This document shows positions 39,324 to 49,805 of a stretch of 64,000 nucleotides of DNA, piece by piece (the stretch's first letter is position 1; each line of letters begins with the position of its first letter). This DNA comes from an uncultured Gemmatimonadales bacterium. GTDB lineage: Bacteria; Gemmatimonadota; Gemmatimonadetes; Longimicrobiales; RSA9. The stretch lies in the NCBI GenBank assembly GCA_963783305.1, contig CAWAMW010000017.1:224001-288000 (forward strand), written 5' to 3'. The notes under the pieces were generated by a model. It made no database searches and was not told the origin of the DNA. It worked only from the letters and a program-made list of their open reading frames with translations. A program made the translations under genes and the position numbers.

Positions 39324-40403
39324 TCAGCGCTCGATGTGCAGCAGACCCGCTCGAGCGTGCGCCAGCAGGAATCCCTCCGGGTCGTCCACCGGGACGCCCA
39401 CCCCGATGCGCACGCGTGTGTCCTCGGCCCAGCGGCGCATGAACTGTGCTACGCTCTCATCGGAGCGTCCGGCCTGGTCGCGAAGCTGTCGAACGATGTC
39501 GTTCCAGCTCCCCTCGAACGTGGTGCCGTCCGGGAGGCGAACCCGGTGATACGCGGGCTCACCTCGCGGCGGCGACCCGGCGTTCTTCCAGAACGGACCC
39601 GGCTCCTCCAGCGCCGCCGCCTCGATCTCCGCGAGCATGTCATCGATGGGGTCGATCTCGCCCTCCAGCTCATCCAGGCGGTCTTCCCAGATGATCAGCT
39701 CGGGATCCGACTCCTCGAGTCCGCCAATGGATTTCTTGAGCTCCATCAGGCGCCAGACGGCGAGCGGATCCCAGTGATCCGCAGGGGCGAGCAGAGCGAA
39801 ATTCTCGAGGGCGCCCGCGTACTCGCCGCGATCGTAGAGGAGGTGCCCGAGGTAGATCCGGGCCTCCTGGTGCTGCGGGTTCAACGTGAGCGCCGCGGTC
39901 AACTCACGGATCGCGCCCTCCTCCTCCCCCAGGCGGTGGATCGTGAAGGCGAGGGCGGCGGAAGCGTCGGGATCATCGGGATACTGGTTGGCCGCGGTTT
40001 CGAAGCACTCGCGGGCCTCGTTGAAATGCCCCTCCCGGTAGAGCGCGCGCCCCATGGTCAGCAGGAGCTCCGGGTCGTCGCCGGCGGGGCCGGTGCGCAC
40101 CCTGTCAAAGAGAACGGCCGCCTCCCGATAGCGACCGAAGCGGAGCAGCGTCTCACCGAGCCCGACCATCCCATCGTCGTGCTCGGGGTCGAGGACCAGA
40201 GCGGTCTCGAACGCCTGGCGGGCCCAGGCGAACTCCTCTCGTGCGAGGCGCGTATATCCGAGGCCCACGTGGAGCTCGACGGAGTGGGGGTAGAGCTGGA
40301 GTCCGTCCTTCAGGGTCGCGAGTGCGTTTTCGTAGTCACCACGGTCGTACTGCTTGTGCGCGCGTTCATCATACTCCTCGGAGCTGAGGAACGGGGTCGG
40401 CAT
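39324..40403 (-). CDS. TPR protein with C-terminal domain of unknown function
   Basis: Several TPR motifs (LHVGLGYTRL, LLTMGRALY, RIYLGHLLY). Confidence 0.88.
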   Translation of the reverse strand: MPTPFLSSEEYDERAHKQYDRGDYENALATLKDGLQLYPHSVELHVGLGYTRLAREEFAWARQAFETALVLDPEHDDGMVGLGETLLRFGRYREAAVLFDRVRTGPAGDDPELLLTMGRALYREGHFNEARECFETAANQYPDDPDASAALAFTIHRLGEEEGAIRELTAALTLNPQHQEARIYLGHLLYDRGEYAGALENFALLAPADHWDPLAVWRLMELKKSIGGLEESDPELIIWEDRLDELEGEIDPIDDMLAEIEAAALEEPGPFWKNAGSPPRGEPAYHRVRLPDGTTFEGSWNDIVRQLRDQAGRSDESVAQFMRRWAEDTRVRIGVGVPVDDPEGFLLAHARAGLLHIER

Positions 40404-40536
40404 AGGCAGCGCCTCCAGGCCGGTGTGTGGGTGCGGGTCGGGCTGTCAGGAAGGACCGCTACGGCGGTCGTGTCAATCTAACCGGTGGCGGATGCCGATT
40501 CCAGCCCCCTGCCCCGGTCCGCCGTACGGACGCTTT

Positions 40537-42504
40537 CTATTCCTGCTCCGGGGCCCCGGCGGCGGGTGAGCCCGACGGCTGCGTGGGCGCCGGATCATCA
40601 TAGTCCCGGATCGGGAAGTTTTCCACGGGACGGGCGAGCGCCTGCCAGTCGACGGGGAGCCCCTCCGCCTGCCTCTCCCGGGGGGTGGGGTAGCGCTCGA
40701 ACTCGTAGCCGTGCTTCCGGTTGAGGTAGAAGTTGATCGCGTTGGCGAGAGGTCCCGACGCGGCGGTGCCGTGGAGTCCGTGAAAGATGAGCATGGCGGC
40801 CACGATCTCCGGCTCTTCACCCTTCGGGCCGCCGATCCCGACGAACCACGCATGGTCGTCACCGCGGGCGTTCTGGGCGGTTCCGGTCTTGCCCATGATG
40901 TCCCAGCGGTCGATCCGGCTGAGGTACGCGGTTCCGCCCGGGGACAGGACCTGCCGCATGCCGCTGCGAATGGCGGCGAGCTGTTCCCTCGTGATGTCGT
41001 ATTCGTGGGCGAACTGCAGCGGCTCCTCCGACTGGACGATCCGCGGGATCGGCATACGCGCGTCAGGGCGACCGAAGGCCGAGACGATCTGAACGAGCTT
41101 CATGGGCGAGACGGTGACGGCACCCTGACCCAGGGACAGCGACATGACCTCCGGCTCCTGCGGAGCGTAGCCGAAGCGGTTGCGGAACCAGTCCACGCCC
41201 GTGGGGAAGATGGAGGCGATCTCGGACGGCATGTCGACGCCCGTGCGCTCACCCAGGCCGAGGGCGGTGCCGCGTTCCATGAAGTTCCGCAGCCCGATGC
41301 GGATGCCCACCTGGTAGAAGTAGACGTCGCAGGAGTTCTTGATCCCGCCGGGCAGGTCGAACCGGCGGCCATGGTTCGTCCAGCAGCGGGCGTAGCGGCC
41401 CTGGTAGCTCATGCCGCCGGTGCATGGCTGGGGCATCTCCTCATCGGCCCTGATGACGCCCGCGGCCAGCGCCATGGCCCCTACTGTCATCTTGAACGTC
41501 GAACCCGGCGGCTGAGCGTCCCCCGTGGCGCGGTTCAGGAGTGGCTTGGTCGGGTCCTCGTTCAGCGCCGTCCATACGCGCGAGCTGATACCGCCGGTGA
41601 AGAGGTTGGGGTCGTAGCTGGGGTTGCTGTACAGCGCCAGCACGCCACCGGTCCGCGGGTCCATGGCCACGAACGCGCCCTCGGCCTTTTCCATGCCCAT
41701 CGAGCGCGCGGTCTCCTGGAGGAGGAAGGCGCCGTAGCGCTGCAGGTCGAGGTCGAGGTGGAGGTGGAGGTCTTTCCCCGGGATGGCGGGCACACCGAGG
41801 GACTCCGGCAGCCACCGTTTGATCCCGCCGCGGGCGTCCACCTCCATGTAGCGCATGCCCGGCTCCCCGCCCAGGATGCGCTCGTACTTCTGTTCGAGCC
41901 CGGCCTTCCCGATCCACCGGCCCTGTCGGTAGTCCGCATAGAGCGGCTCTTCGAGCTCCTTGCTGCTGATCTCGGACACGTATCCCATGAGGTGGGCCAC
42001 CGCCGAGCGCGACGGGTAGTACCGCTTCGGATACTCATGGATCAGGATGTGGGGGAACTCGATCCGCCGCTCCTCGAGGCGAGCCACCTGGTCCAGCGTG
42101 GCATCGTTGAGGACGACCATGGGCCGGTTCGGCGACGCCCGATAGCGCCGGAACGCTGTGGCGGTGTCCTGTTCGGTGAGTCCGAGAACCGGCCAGAGCT
42201 GCGCCACCTTGTTGCGCAGCGTGTCGATCGGGGCGGGCATGAGCTGCACCTGGTATGCGACCCGGTTCTCCGCCACCACCTCGCCGTTCCTGTCGTAGAT
42301 GGTGCCGCGCGGTGCTCGCACCGTGACGGGACGCAGCATGTTCTGGCGCGCCTGCACCGAGAACTCCTCCCCCCGCACCACCTGGATGCGGACCAGGGAG
42401 TATACCAGCCCCAGTATGACGGCACTGACGATCACGCGCGCCCATACCGCGCGCTTCTCGCGTTCCCACCTGGGTGTTTCCGTCCGGCCGTGCCTGCCCC
42501 GCAT
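40537..42504 (-). CDS. mrdA: Penicillin-binding protein 2
   Basis: APRGTIYDRNG, PGSTFK (SxxK), SCDVYFY and KTGTAQ motifs. Confidence 0.93.
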   Translation of the reverse strand: MRGRHGRTETPRWEREKRAVWARVIVSAVILGLVYSLVRIQVVRGEEFSVQARQNMLRPVTVRAPRGTIYDRNGEVVAENRVAYQVQLMPAPIDTLRNKVAQLWPVLGLTEQDTATAFRRYRASPNRPMVVLNDATLDQVARLEERRIEFPHILIHEYPKRYYPSRSAVAHLMGYVSEISSKELEEPLYADYRQGRWIGKAGLEQKYERILGGEPGMRYMEVDARGGIKRWLPESLGVPAIPGKDLHLHLDLDLQRYGAFLLQETARSMGMEKAEGAFVAMDPRTGGVLALYSNPSYDPNLFTGGISSRVWTALNEDPTKPLLNRATGDAQPPGSTFKMTVGAMALAAGVIRADEEMPQPCTGGMSYQGRYARCWTNHGRRFDLPGGIKNSCDVYFYQVGIRIGLRNFMERGTALGLGERTGVDMPSEIASIFPTGVDWFRNRFGYAPQEPEVMSLSLGQGAVTVSPMKLVQIVSAFGRPDARMPIPRIVQSEEPLQFAHEYDITREQLAAIRSGMRQVLSPGGTAYLSRIDRWDIMGKTGTAQNARGDDHAWFVGIGGPKGEEPEIVAAMLIFHGLHGTAASGPLANAINFYLNRKHGYEFERYPTPRERQAEGLPVDWQALARPVENFPIRDYDDPAPTQPSGSPAAGAPEQE

Positions 42505-42585
42505 CTCGCCTCACTTCATCCGGTCGCGTGCCTGAAAAGCTAAGGGCAAGATCCCGGCCATGGCACTGCGGTCGGCGGCGGCGAG

Positions 42586-43947
42586 TCAGGTCCCGACGGT
42601 GCGGAGCCCGTACCTGTCCATCTTGTCATACAGGGCCGCCCGCGAGATCCCGAGTGCCCGCGCGCTCCGGGACCGGTTCCCCTCGTTGAGCTCGAGGATG
42701 CGTGCCACGTGCCGGCGCTCGACCTCTTCGAGCGTCATGGGGCCGTCACTGGACAGGGGCACCGCGTCCTGGTCGCGCACCTCCGGCGGGAGGTGACGGA
42801 GCCGAATCACGTCGGCGTCCGTGGCGAGGATGAGGATCCGCTCGATGAGGTTCCGCAGCTCCCGGATGTTTCCGGGCCAGCTGTAGCGGACGAGAGCGTC
42901 CAGGGCGGCATCGCCGATCCTGGATGGGCCGCTGTTGATGCGGCGGCGGAGCTCCTCGAGGATATCGTAGATGAGCCGGGCGACGTCCTCGGGTCGGCGC
43001 TCCCGAAGCGGTGGCAGCTCGAGGGGGAGAACGGCGATGCGGTAGTAGAGGTCCTCGCGGAACTCGCCGTGGTCGACGCAGTCGCGCAGCTGGTGGTGGG
43101 TGGCGGCGATGAGGCGCACATCCACGTTGAGCTCGCGCGTGCCACCGAGGCGGCGAAAGCGGCGATCCTCGAGCACCTTCAGGAGCTTGGGTTGCAGCTC
43201 GGGCGCCAGGTCCCCGATCTCATCCAGGAAGATGGTGCCGCCATCGGCGAGCTCGAAGAGCCCCTCCTTCCGCGCGCGCGCGTCCGTGAAAGCGCCCTTC
43301 TCGTGGCCGAACAGCTCCGACTCCAGGAACGTGGCACTGAGCCCACCGCAGTTGACCTCTACGAAGGGCCGCGACCGGCGCGCGGAGCGCTCGTGGATCC
43401 GGCGGGCGACCCAGCCCTTGCCGGTACCGGTCTCCCCCTGGAGGAGGACCGTTCCGTCCGCAGCGGCGATCCGCTCGACCCGCGTGGCGATCTCCTGCAT
43501 CATGGGCGACACGCCGAGCGCACCACCGTCTACGTCCCTGCCATCGGCGGTGGCCAGGACACGGTTGTGCCGCCGCAGCTGCGCCTTCTCCTCCGCACGC
43601 TCCACCACCGCAGAAAGGTGATCGAGCTCGAACGGCTTCGTCAGGTAGTTCTCGGCACCGATCCGCATGGCCTCGACCGCGGTTTCCACGTCGGAGTGGC
43701 CCGTGAGCATGATCACGGTCACGTCCTCGTCGATGTCGCGGAGACGCCGGAGGACGGGGATGCCGTTCAGGTCGGGAAGCTCCACGTCCAGCAGGACCAG
43801 GTCCGGCTGCTCGTCCTCGTACGTCCGGATGGCGCCCGTGCCCGTGGAAGATCCGTGCACCAGCCAACCTCGGCGATCGAAAAAGCGGGATAGGAGGTCG
43901 AGGACCCCCGGGTCGTCGTCCACCAGCAGGATCGACGACGGCATCAC
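42586..43947 (-). CDS. NtrC-family sigma54-dependent response regulator
   Basis: REC domain, GETGTGK, ELFGHEKGAFTDA, FLDEIG, WPGNIREL and Fis HTH. Confidence 0.95.
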   Translation of the reverse strand: MMPSSILLVDDDPGVLDLLSRFFDRRGWLVHGSSTGTGAIRTYEDEQPDLVLLDVELPDLNGIPVLRRLRDIDEDVTVIMLTGHSDVETAVEAMRIGAENYLTKPFELDHLSAVVERAEEKAQLRRHNRVLATADGRDVDGGALGVSPMMQEIATRVERIAAADGTVLLQGETGTGKGWVARRIHERSARRSRPFVEVNCGGLSATFLESELFGHEKGAFTDARARKEGLFELADGGTIFLDEIGDLAPELQPKLLKVLEDRRFRRLGGTRELNVDVRLIAATHHQLRDCVDHGEFREDLYYRIAVLPLELPPLRERRPEDVARLIYDILEELRRRINSGPSRIGDAALDALVRYSWPGNIRELRNLIERILILATDADVIRLRHLPPEVRDQDAVPLSSDGPMTLEEVERRHVARILELNEGNRSRSARALGISRAALYDKMDRYGLRTVGT

Positions 43948-44960
43948 GACACCCGCCGCACCGGGCGAAGGAACACTTTGGCTGCGTGCGCCGCCACCGC
44001 CGGATCGAACTGCCGGCCCGCTTCCTTCTGGATCTCCAGCACCGCCTGCTCGGGCGTCCGTGCCTGCCGGTATGCGCGGGCGGTGGTCATGGCGTCAAAG
44101 GTGTCCGCCACGGAGACGATGCGGGCCGCGAGGGGAATCTCCTCGCCCTCCAGGCCGTCGGGGTAGCCGCGTCCGTCCCAGCGCTCGTGGTGGTGCCGTA
44201 CAATGTCCAGCGCCGTCCGATCCTCGAGGAGGGGAGAGAGGATCTTTACTCCGATGCTCGGGTGCTGACGGATGTGCAGGACCTCGTCCCCGTTCAGCGG
44301 ACCGGCCTTGCCGAGGATCCCTCCCGTGACACCGATCTTGCCGATGTCGTGAAGCTGCGCGCCGATCCTGAGCGACTCCTCGTCCACACCGCCGATGCAC
44401 TGCAGCAGCGATACGGCGTAGTCGCTGACCCGGGCGGAGTGGCCACACGTGTGGATGTCCTTCGCTTCCAGTGCGCCAATCAGCGAACGGATGCTGGAGA
44501 GGTACAACGTCTCGAGCCGCCGCGCCTGTGCCTTGACGCGCTCCTCGAGGGTCTGACGGTACTCCCGGTTCTCGATCAGGAGCCGCCGGTGCTCGGCGGC
44601 ACGGCGGACGGCATGGACTAGCTCCTGGGACTCGAACGGCTTCAGGAGGTAGTCGTCCGTGTCCAGCCGGATGGCCTCGATGGCCGTCTCCAGCGTCGTG
44701 CTGCCGGTGATCACGATGACCTGCGTGGCGCTGTCGCGCTTCTTGAGGGCGCGCGCCAGGTCGAGGCCGGAGCCACCTGGCATGTGCACGTCCGTGAGCA
44801 CGATCCCGAATCCGTCCGCCTCCTCCAGCGCCTGCTGCATCGAGTGGGCGATCCTGCACTCGAACCCGCTCTTTTCCAGCCAGCGGGCGATGGTGCGGGC
44901 GACCGGTTCCTCGTCGTCCACCACCAGCACGCGCTCCACCCTCTTCTCCACCTCCGCCAT
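43944..44960 (-). CDS. REC-HD-GYP c-di-GMP phosphodiesterase
   Basis: REC domain, HSARV, LHDIGK, HHERWDGRGYP and VADTFDAM motifs. Confidence 0.93.
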   Translation of the reverse strand: MAEVEKRVERVLVVDDEEPVARTIARWLEKSGFECRIAHSMQQALEEADGFGIVLTDVHMPGGSGLDLARALKKRDSATQVIVITGSTTLETAIEAIRLDTDDYLLKPFESQELVHAVRRAAEHRRLLIENREYRQTLEERVKAQARRLETLYLSSIRSLIGALEAKDIHTCGHSARVSDYAVSLLQCIGGVDEESLRIGAQLHDIGKIGVTGGILGKAGPLNGDEVLHIRQHPSIGVKILSPLLEDRTALDIVRHHHERWDGRGYPDGLEGEEIPLAARIVSVADTFDAMTTARAYRQARTPEQAVLEIQKEAGRQFDPAVAAHAAKVFLRPVRRVS

Positions 44961-45164
44961 GCCGCTACATCCTCCACCTGCTATCGTCCTCAACGATCCG
45001 ATCCCCTGCAAATAGAGTGTCGACCGGAGTCGCGGCGTCCTTTAGGGCGGGTCCAGCCGAGCGAGCGCGAGCGCGGGCACGGGCGCGGCGGGGCCGTACG
45101 GATGAACAAAGCGCCGACACTGGAAGTGCCGGCGCTGAGGGTGCTGCGAAATGCGAGACGCGGC

Positions 45165-45437
45165 TCAGGCCGGCGTCTCCTCCTTCTTCCACTCGGATCC
45201 GGCCGTGTTGCCCTTGCCGTGGCGGATCACCGGACTGCAGTACCGCATGCCGAGCTGCTCCAGCTGCTTGAGCTCCGGCGCCGACAGGTCGGGATACCGC
45301 TCTTCGAGGAACTTCAGTGTATCGTCCATCCACTCCTGCTGCTGGTCGTCGGTCGCTTCGAGAACGCCACACCGGTTGATATGGCTGAAGAGCTCGTCAC
45401 GCGCCTTGTCCAGCGCTGTACGTTCGTGCTTGCCCAA
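45165..45437 (-). CDS. Small hypothetical protein (about 90 aa)
   Basis: GGGAGG RBS before TTG 45437. Helical, with two Cys. Confidence 0.75.
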   Translation of the reverse strand: MGKHERTALDKARDELFSHINRCGVLEATDDQQQEWMDDTLKFLEERYPDLSAPELKQLEQLGMRYCSPVIRHGKGNTAGSEWKKEETPA

Positions 45438-45542
45438 TCGTGCCTCCCTATCTTGCGCATACAATCAAATTTTCATGGCTCCACTTGACCTACCCTGGAA
45501 GGAAAGAATGGTGCCAGCGTCGGAATGTAGAAGGGTGCCCGG

Positions 45543-47144
45543 ATGATGCCAACCCTCGCTCCCCTGACGGACCCCGTCCGCCTGGAGGTATACCGCCACT
45601 TGCTGACGGCGCTGGCGGAGGAAATGGGCGCCACGCTCCGGCGATCCGCATACTCTCCCAACATAAAGGAGCGCCGAGACTACTCCTGCGCGCTCTTCAA
45701 TGCAGCCGGTCAGCCGGTGGCCATGGGGGACCACATGCCGGTGCACCTGGGCGCCATGCCGCTGAGTGTTCGGGCGGCGCTGGACGACCGGGGCCCCCTC
45801 CGGCCGGGGGACGTGGTGGCGCTGAACGACCCGTTTCGCGGTGGCACGCACCTCCCGGACATCACGCTGGTGGCGGCTGTGGCGCGGCCGGGAACGACGG
45901 AGGCGATGGCGTACGTGGCGTCGCGAGCACACCACGCCGACGTGGGCGGCATGGCGCCGGGTTCGATGCCTCTGGCGCGGGAGATCTACCAGGAGGGACT
46001 TCGGATCCCGCCCGTCCTGCTCATGATGGGAGGGGAGAGGAACGAGGACGTGTGGCGGCTGCTGCTGTCGAACGTCCGGACGCCGGTGGAGCGGGAGGGC
46101 GACCTGGACGCGCAGCTGGCTGCGCTCGTGGCCGGCCGCCGCCGGGTGCAGGAACTCGTCGCGCGGAAGGGAGTGGACGAGGTCACCGCCGCCATGGCGG
46201 GGCTCCTCCAGTACGCCGATCGGGTGCTGCGGGCGGGGATCCGGGCTATTCCCGACGGTGTGTACTCCGCCGAGGATTTCCTGGAGGATGATGGCGTGGA
46301 CGAGGGTCCTATCGCGATCCGCGTGCGACTCGTGGTCGCCGGGGACCAGGTGGAGGCGGACTTCACGGGCACCGCGCCTCAGGCGCGCGGCGGGATCAAC
46401 GCGGTGGAGGCCATCACGGCTTCTGCGACCCGCTACGCGCTCCGGCTGGTGGTGGAGCGGCTGCTCGGGCAGCCGCTGCCGGCGGGCGGCGGGGCCATGG
46501 GCGCACTGCGATTGACGGTCCCGCCCGGCACCGTGATCTCCGCGCGGCCGCCGGCGAGCGTAGCCGGCGGGAACGTGGAGACCTCCCAGCGGATCACGGA
46601 TGTGCTGCTGCGCGCGCTCGCGCAGGCCGTGCCGGAGATCGCGGTGGCGCAGTCGCAGGGGACGATGAACAACCTCACGGTAGGCGGGATCGATCCTCGG
46701 ACCGGAGCTCCCTTCGCGTATTACGAGACCATGGCGGGCGGGATGGGGGGCGGTGCGGACGGCGCCGGCCTGTCCGGGGTCCACGTGCACATGACGAACT
46801 CGCTCAACACCCCCGTGGAGGCGCTGGAGCACGCCTACCCGTTCCGGATCCGCCGCTACGCGATCCGGCGCGGCACCGGCGGCGGTGGCCGGCACCCGGG
46901 CGGGGACGGCCTGCGCCGCGATCTCGAACTGCTGGCCGACAGCGACGTGAGCCTCCTGACGGAGAGGCGCGTGACACCGCCCCGCGGAGTGGCGGGCGGC
47001 GGGGATGGCGCGGTAGGTCGGAACGTGTTGATCCGGGACGGCACCGAGCGGGACCTTCCCTCGAAGGGCACCCTGTCATGCCGTGAGGGCGACATCCTCA
47101 GTATCCGCAGCCCGGGGGGTGGGGGCTGGGGGTCGAGCGACTGA
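45543..47144 (+). CDS. Hydantoinase B/5-oxoprolinase family subunit
   Basis: SPNIKERRDYSCA, NDPFRGGTHLPD, HHADVGG, QGTMNN and NTPVE motifs. Confidence 0.93.
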   Translation: MMPTLAPLTDPVRLEVYRHLLTALAEEMGATLRRSAYSPNIKERRDYSCALFNAAGQPVAMGDHMPVHLGAMPLSVRAALDDRGPLRPGDVVALNDPFRGGTHLPDITLVAAVARPGTTEAMAYVASRAHHADVGGMAPGSMPLAREIYQEGLRIPPVLLMMGGERNEDVWRLLLSNVRTPVEREGDLDAQLAALVAGRRRVQELVARKGVDEVTAAMAGLLQYADRVLRAGIRAIPDGVYSAEDFLEDDGVDEGPIAIRVRLVVAGDQVEADFTGTAPQARGGINAVEAITASATRYALRLVVERLLGQPLPAGGGAMGALRLTVPPGTVISARPPASVAGGNVETSQRITDVLLRALAQAVPEIAVAQSQGTMNNLTVGGIDPRTGAPFAYYETMAGGMGGGADGAGLSGVHVHMTNSLNTPVEALEHAYPFRIRRYAIRRGTGGGGRHPGGDGLRRDLELLADSDVSLLTERRVTPPRGVAGGGDGAVGRNVLIRDGTERDLPSKGTLSCREGDILSIRSPGGGGWGSSD

Positions 47145-47147
47145 GAC

Positions 47148-48755
47148 TCACTCCTGGCGCGGCGCCTGGCCGTGCTCGTCCTCCGGCGGTTCCCAGACGA
47201 TGGGCAGTGTCAGGGTGAAGGTGGAGCCCTGGCCGGGCTGGCTCTCGACGTGCAGCCCTCCGCCGAGGAGTTCGGCAAGCCTGCGCGAGATGGCGAGGCC
47301 GAGCCCCGTCCCCGCCTTGCCGGAGCCGGAACGCGCCTGCTCGAACTCGTCGAAGATCCGGTCCACGTCCTCCGGGTCGATCCCTGGCCCCGTGTCGACG
47401 ACCTCGAGCCTGACCCGGGAATCGTCCGCACGCTCCAGTCGGAGCTGCACGCTGCCTTCATCCGTGAACTTGACCGCATTGGACAGGAGGTTGAGCACGA
47501 TCTGCCGGACGCGGGCCGGGTCGGTGCGGACCTCCAGCGCGGGCGGGGTCTGAACCTCCAGGTCGATCCCCTTTTCCTGCGCCTGGAGCTGAATGGAGGT
47601 GGCCGTGTCACGGATCAGCGAGCTCAGGTCCACCTCCTCATCGGCGATCTCCATCTTCCCGGCCTCGATCTTGGAGATGTCGAGGATATCGTCCACGAGC
47701 TCGAGCAGGTGCTGTGCGCTCCGGTTCGCTTTCTCCAGCGCCTCGGTCTGTCGCTCGTTGAGCTGCCCGAAGATCTTCTCCTGGAGAAGGTGGTTGTAGC
47801 CGATGACCGCGTTGATGGGCGTGCGGAGCTCGTGGCTGAGCGAGGCGAAGAACCGGGACCGCTCCGTGATGGCTCGCTCCAGGTCCTCCGCCTGCTGCCG
47901 GGCGCGCTCATTCAGGAGCGAGTGCTCGATGGCTATGGCGGCCTGGCTGCTCAGGTTGCGCAGCAGCGGTCCATCGACGTCCGGGCGCAGCAGGCCTTCG
48001 GCGTGGGCGAGCACCACCACCAGCGCTTCACTGGGACCGCGCCGGACGCACGCCACTCCGCCGGAGCGGTAGTCTTCGTTCAGGTGGGGACGGACCAGCG
48101 AGGCGACCTCATCGGCATTCAGGATCCGCGACCTGGCGGCCTCCCCGTCGTGAAACAAAGCGGCCACGTCGCGGAACAGACGGACGAGTGACCGCTCCTG
48201 AACATCCAGACCGTCCTGGACCCGGAGGCGGGGGTGACCGTTGCGCTCCACAGCCAGCAGCGCGGCGTCCGCCCGGAAGACGCTGCGCGCCTCCGCGGTG
48301 AACTCCTGGGCGACGCTCCGAGGCTCCACGGATCGAAGGAGTGCGTCGGAGATGCGGGCGATGGCGGCGAGCTCATCGTGGCTCCGCTTGATCCGGTTCA
48401 TGGCGGACACGCGCGCGAGGAGCTCCGACTTGCTGCAGCCCTTGCTCAGGAAATCGTACGCACCGAGGTCCAGCCCGCGAACCACCAGCTCATCGGTGGG
48501 CGGGTCGCCCGTGAGGAAAATGACCGGGATCGGCTCAGTCACGGGATCGCGCTTGAGTCGCTCCACCACCTCGAACCCGTCCATCCCTGGCATGTGCACA
48601 TCGAGAATGATCACGTCGGGAAGCCAGCTTCGAGCGGCGTCCAGTCCGTCCGTCCCGCTCCCCGCCGCCCGCACCTGGTGCCCCGCGTCCCCGAGCAGCC
48701 CGGCCAGTGTTAGGCGCGAGATCTTCTGGTCGTCCACCACGAGTATCCTGACCAT
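47148..48755 (-). CDS. Hybrid histidine kinase REC-GAF-HisKA-HATPase
   Basis: VVDD...LDVHMP, SHELRTP, NLLSNAVKFT, DTGPGI and GTGLGL. The ATG overlaps the cheB stop. Confidence 0.92.
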   Translation of the reverse strand: MVRILVVDDQKISRLTLAGLLGDAGHQVRAAGSGTDGLDAARSWLPDVIILDVHMPGMDGFEVVERLKRDPVTEPIPVIFLTGDPPTDELVVRGLDLGAYDFLSKGCSKSELLARVSAMNRIKRSHDELAAIARISDALLRSVEPRSVAQEFTAEARSVFRADAALLAVERNGHPRLRVQDGLDVQERSLVRLFRDVAALFHDGEAARSRILNADEVASLVRPHLNEDYRSGGVACVRRGPSEALVVVLAHAEGLLRPDVDGPLLRNLSSQAAIAIEHSLLNERARQQAEDLERAITERSRFFASLSHELRTPINAVIGYNHLLQEKIFGQLNERQTEALEKANRSAQHLLELVDDILDISKIEAGKMEIADEEVDLSSLIRDTATSIQLQAQEKGIDLEVQTPPALEVRTDPARVRQIVLNLLSNAVKFTDEGSVQLRLERADDSRVRLEVVDTGPGIDPEDVDRIFDEFEQARSGSGKAGTGLGLAISRRLAELLGGGLHVESQPGQGSTFTLTLPIVWEPPEDEHGQAPRQE

Positions 48756-49804
48756 CAGCCGCTCGCTTCCTCGAGGAAGAGGTCCCGGATCGCGCGCGCG
48801 AGCCGATCGAGAGGGAGCACGCGCTCCGCCCACTGGGCGGCCGCCCGAGGCATGCCGTAGATAACCGCGCTCTCCTCCGATTCCGCGAACGTGCGGCCAC
48901 CCGACTCCCGTATGGCGGCCAGTCCCTCCGCGCCATCCTGGCCCATACCGGTCAGCACGGCGGCGACGGCGCCGGGCCCCACGGCGGCGGCCACGGAGCG
49001 GAACAGGAGGTCAACGGAAGGCCGGTGAAGGAGCTGGTCGGGCTCGGAGGGCACCCGCACGATCAGGCCGTCCCGGCTTCGCTCGACGGTCAGCTGCCGC
49101 CCCCCCATGCCCACCAGGGCCACGCCCGGTCGCACCGGCTCCCCGTCCTCCGCTTCACGAACGGCGATGGCCGCCTTGCGATCCAGCCGCTCGGCGAGCG
49201 TGCGGGTGAAGCCGGGCGGCATGTGCTGCGCGATGACCACCCCGGCCGGAAAGTCTGCGGGGAGTCCGAGCAGGATGGACGCAAGCGCCCTCGGTCCGCC
49301 GGTGGATGCCCCGAGTGCAAGGAGATCGTAGAGTGCGGAGGAAGATCTCCGCGGCTGTGGTGGCGCGACCTCTTCGGGCGCGGCCGGCATGGCCGGGACC
49401 CGCGACCCGGCGACGGCGAGAACTTTTTCGCGCAGCGTGGGCGCCAGGTCGTAAATGTCCATGCGCGTTCCCGCAGCGCTCTTGCTGACGAAGTCCACTG
49501 CGCCGAGGTCCAGCGCGGTGAGCGTGGTCTCCGCCCCGGGCTGTGCCTCGGAGCTCAGCACGAGAATGGGTGTCGGGACGGTTCCCATGATTCCCCGAAT
49601 CGCTTCCAGCCCATCCACCTCCGGCATGTTGATGTCGAGAATGACGATGTCCGGGCGGAGCTCCTGCGTCATGCGGATCGCCTCCTCGCCATTCGTGGCC
49701 ATGCCAATGACTTCGAGCCCTTCCAGCGGCGCCAGCATTCGCTCCACGGCGCTGCGGATGAAGGGAGAATCATCCACAACCAGCACTCTCGTCCGCTGCC
49801 CCAC
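48755..49804 (-). CDS. cheB: Chemotaxis methylesterase
   Basis: REC domain plus GASTGGP, QHMP and LTGMGQDG. Confidence 0.96.
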   Translation of the reverse strand: MGQRTRVLVVDDSPFIRSAVERMLAPLEGLEVIGMATNGEEAIRMTQELRPDIVILDINMPEVDGLEAIRGIMGTVPTPILVLSSEAQPGAETTLTALDLGAVDFVSKSAAGTRMDIYDLAPTLREKVLAVAGSRVPAMPAAPEEVAPPQPRRSSSALYDLLALGASTGGPRALASILLGLPADFPAGVVIAQHMPPGFTRTLAERLDRKAAIAVREAEDGEPVRPGVALVGMGGRQLTVERSRDGLIVRVPSEPDQLLHRPSVDLLFRSVAAAVGPGAVAAVLTGMGQDGAEGLAAIRESGGRTFAESEESAVIYGMPRAAAQWAERVLPLDRLARAIRDLFLEEASG

Positions 49805-49805
49805 C

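Noticed and set aside
43270..43310. GAFTDA instead of GAFTGA as a sign of an inactive activator
   Set aside because: It is a common natural variant, and the key F and T residues are retained.
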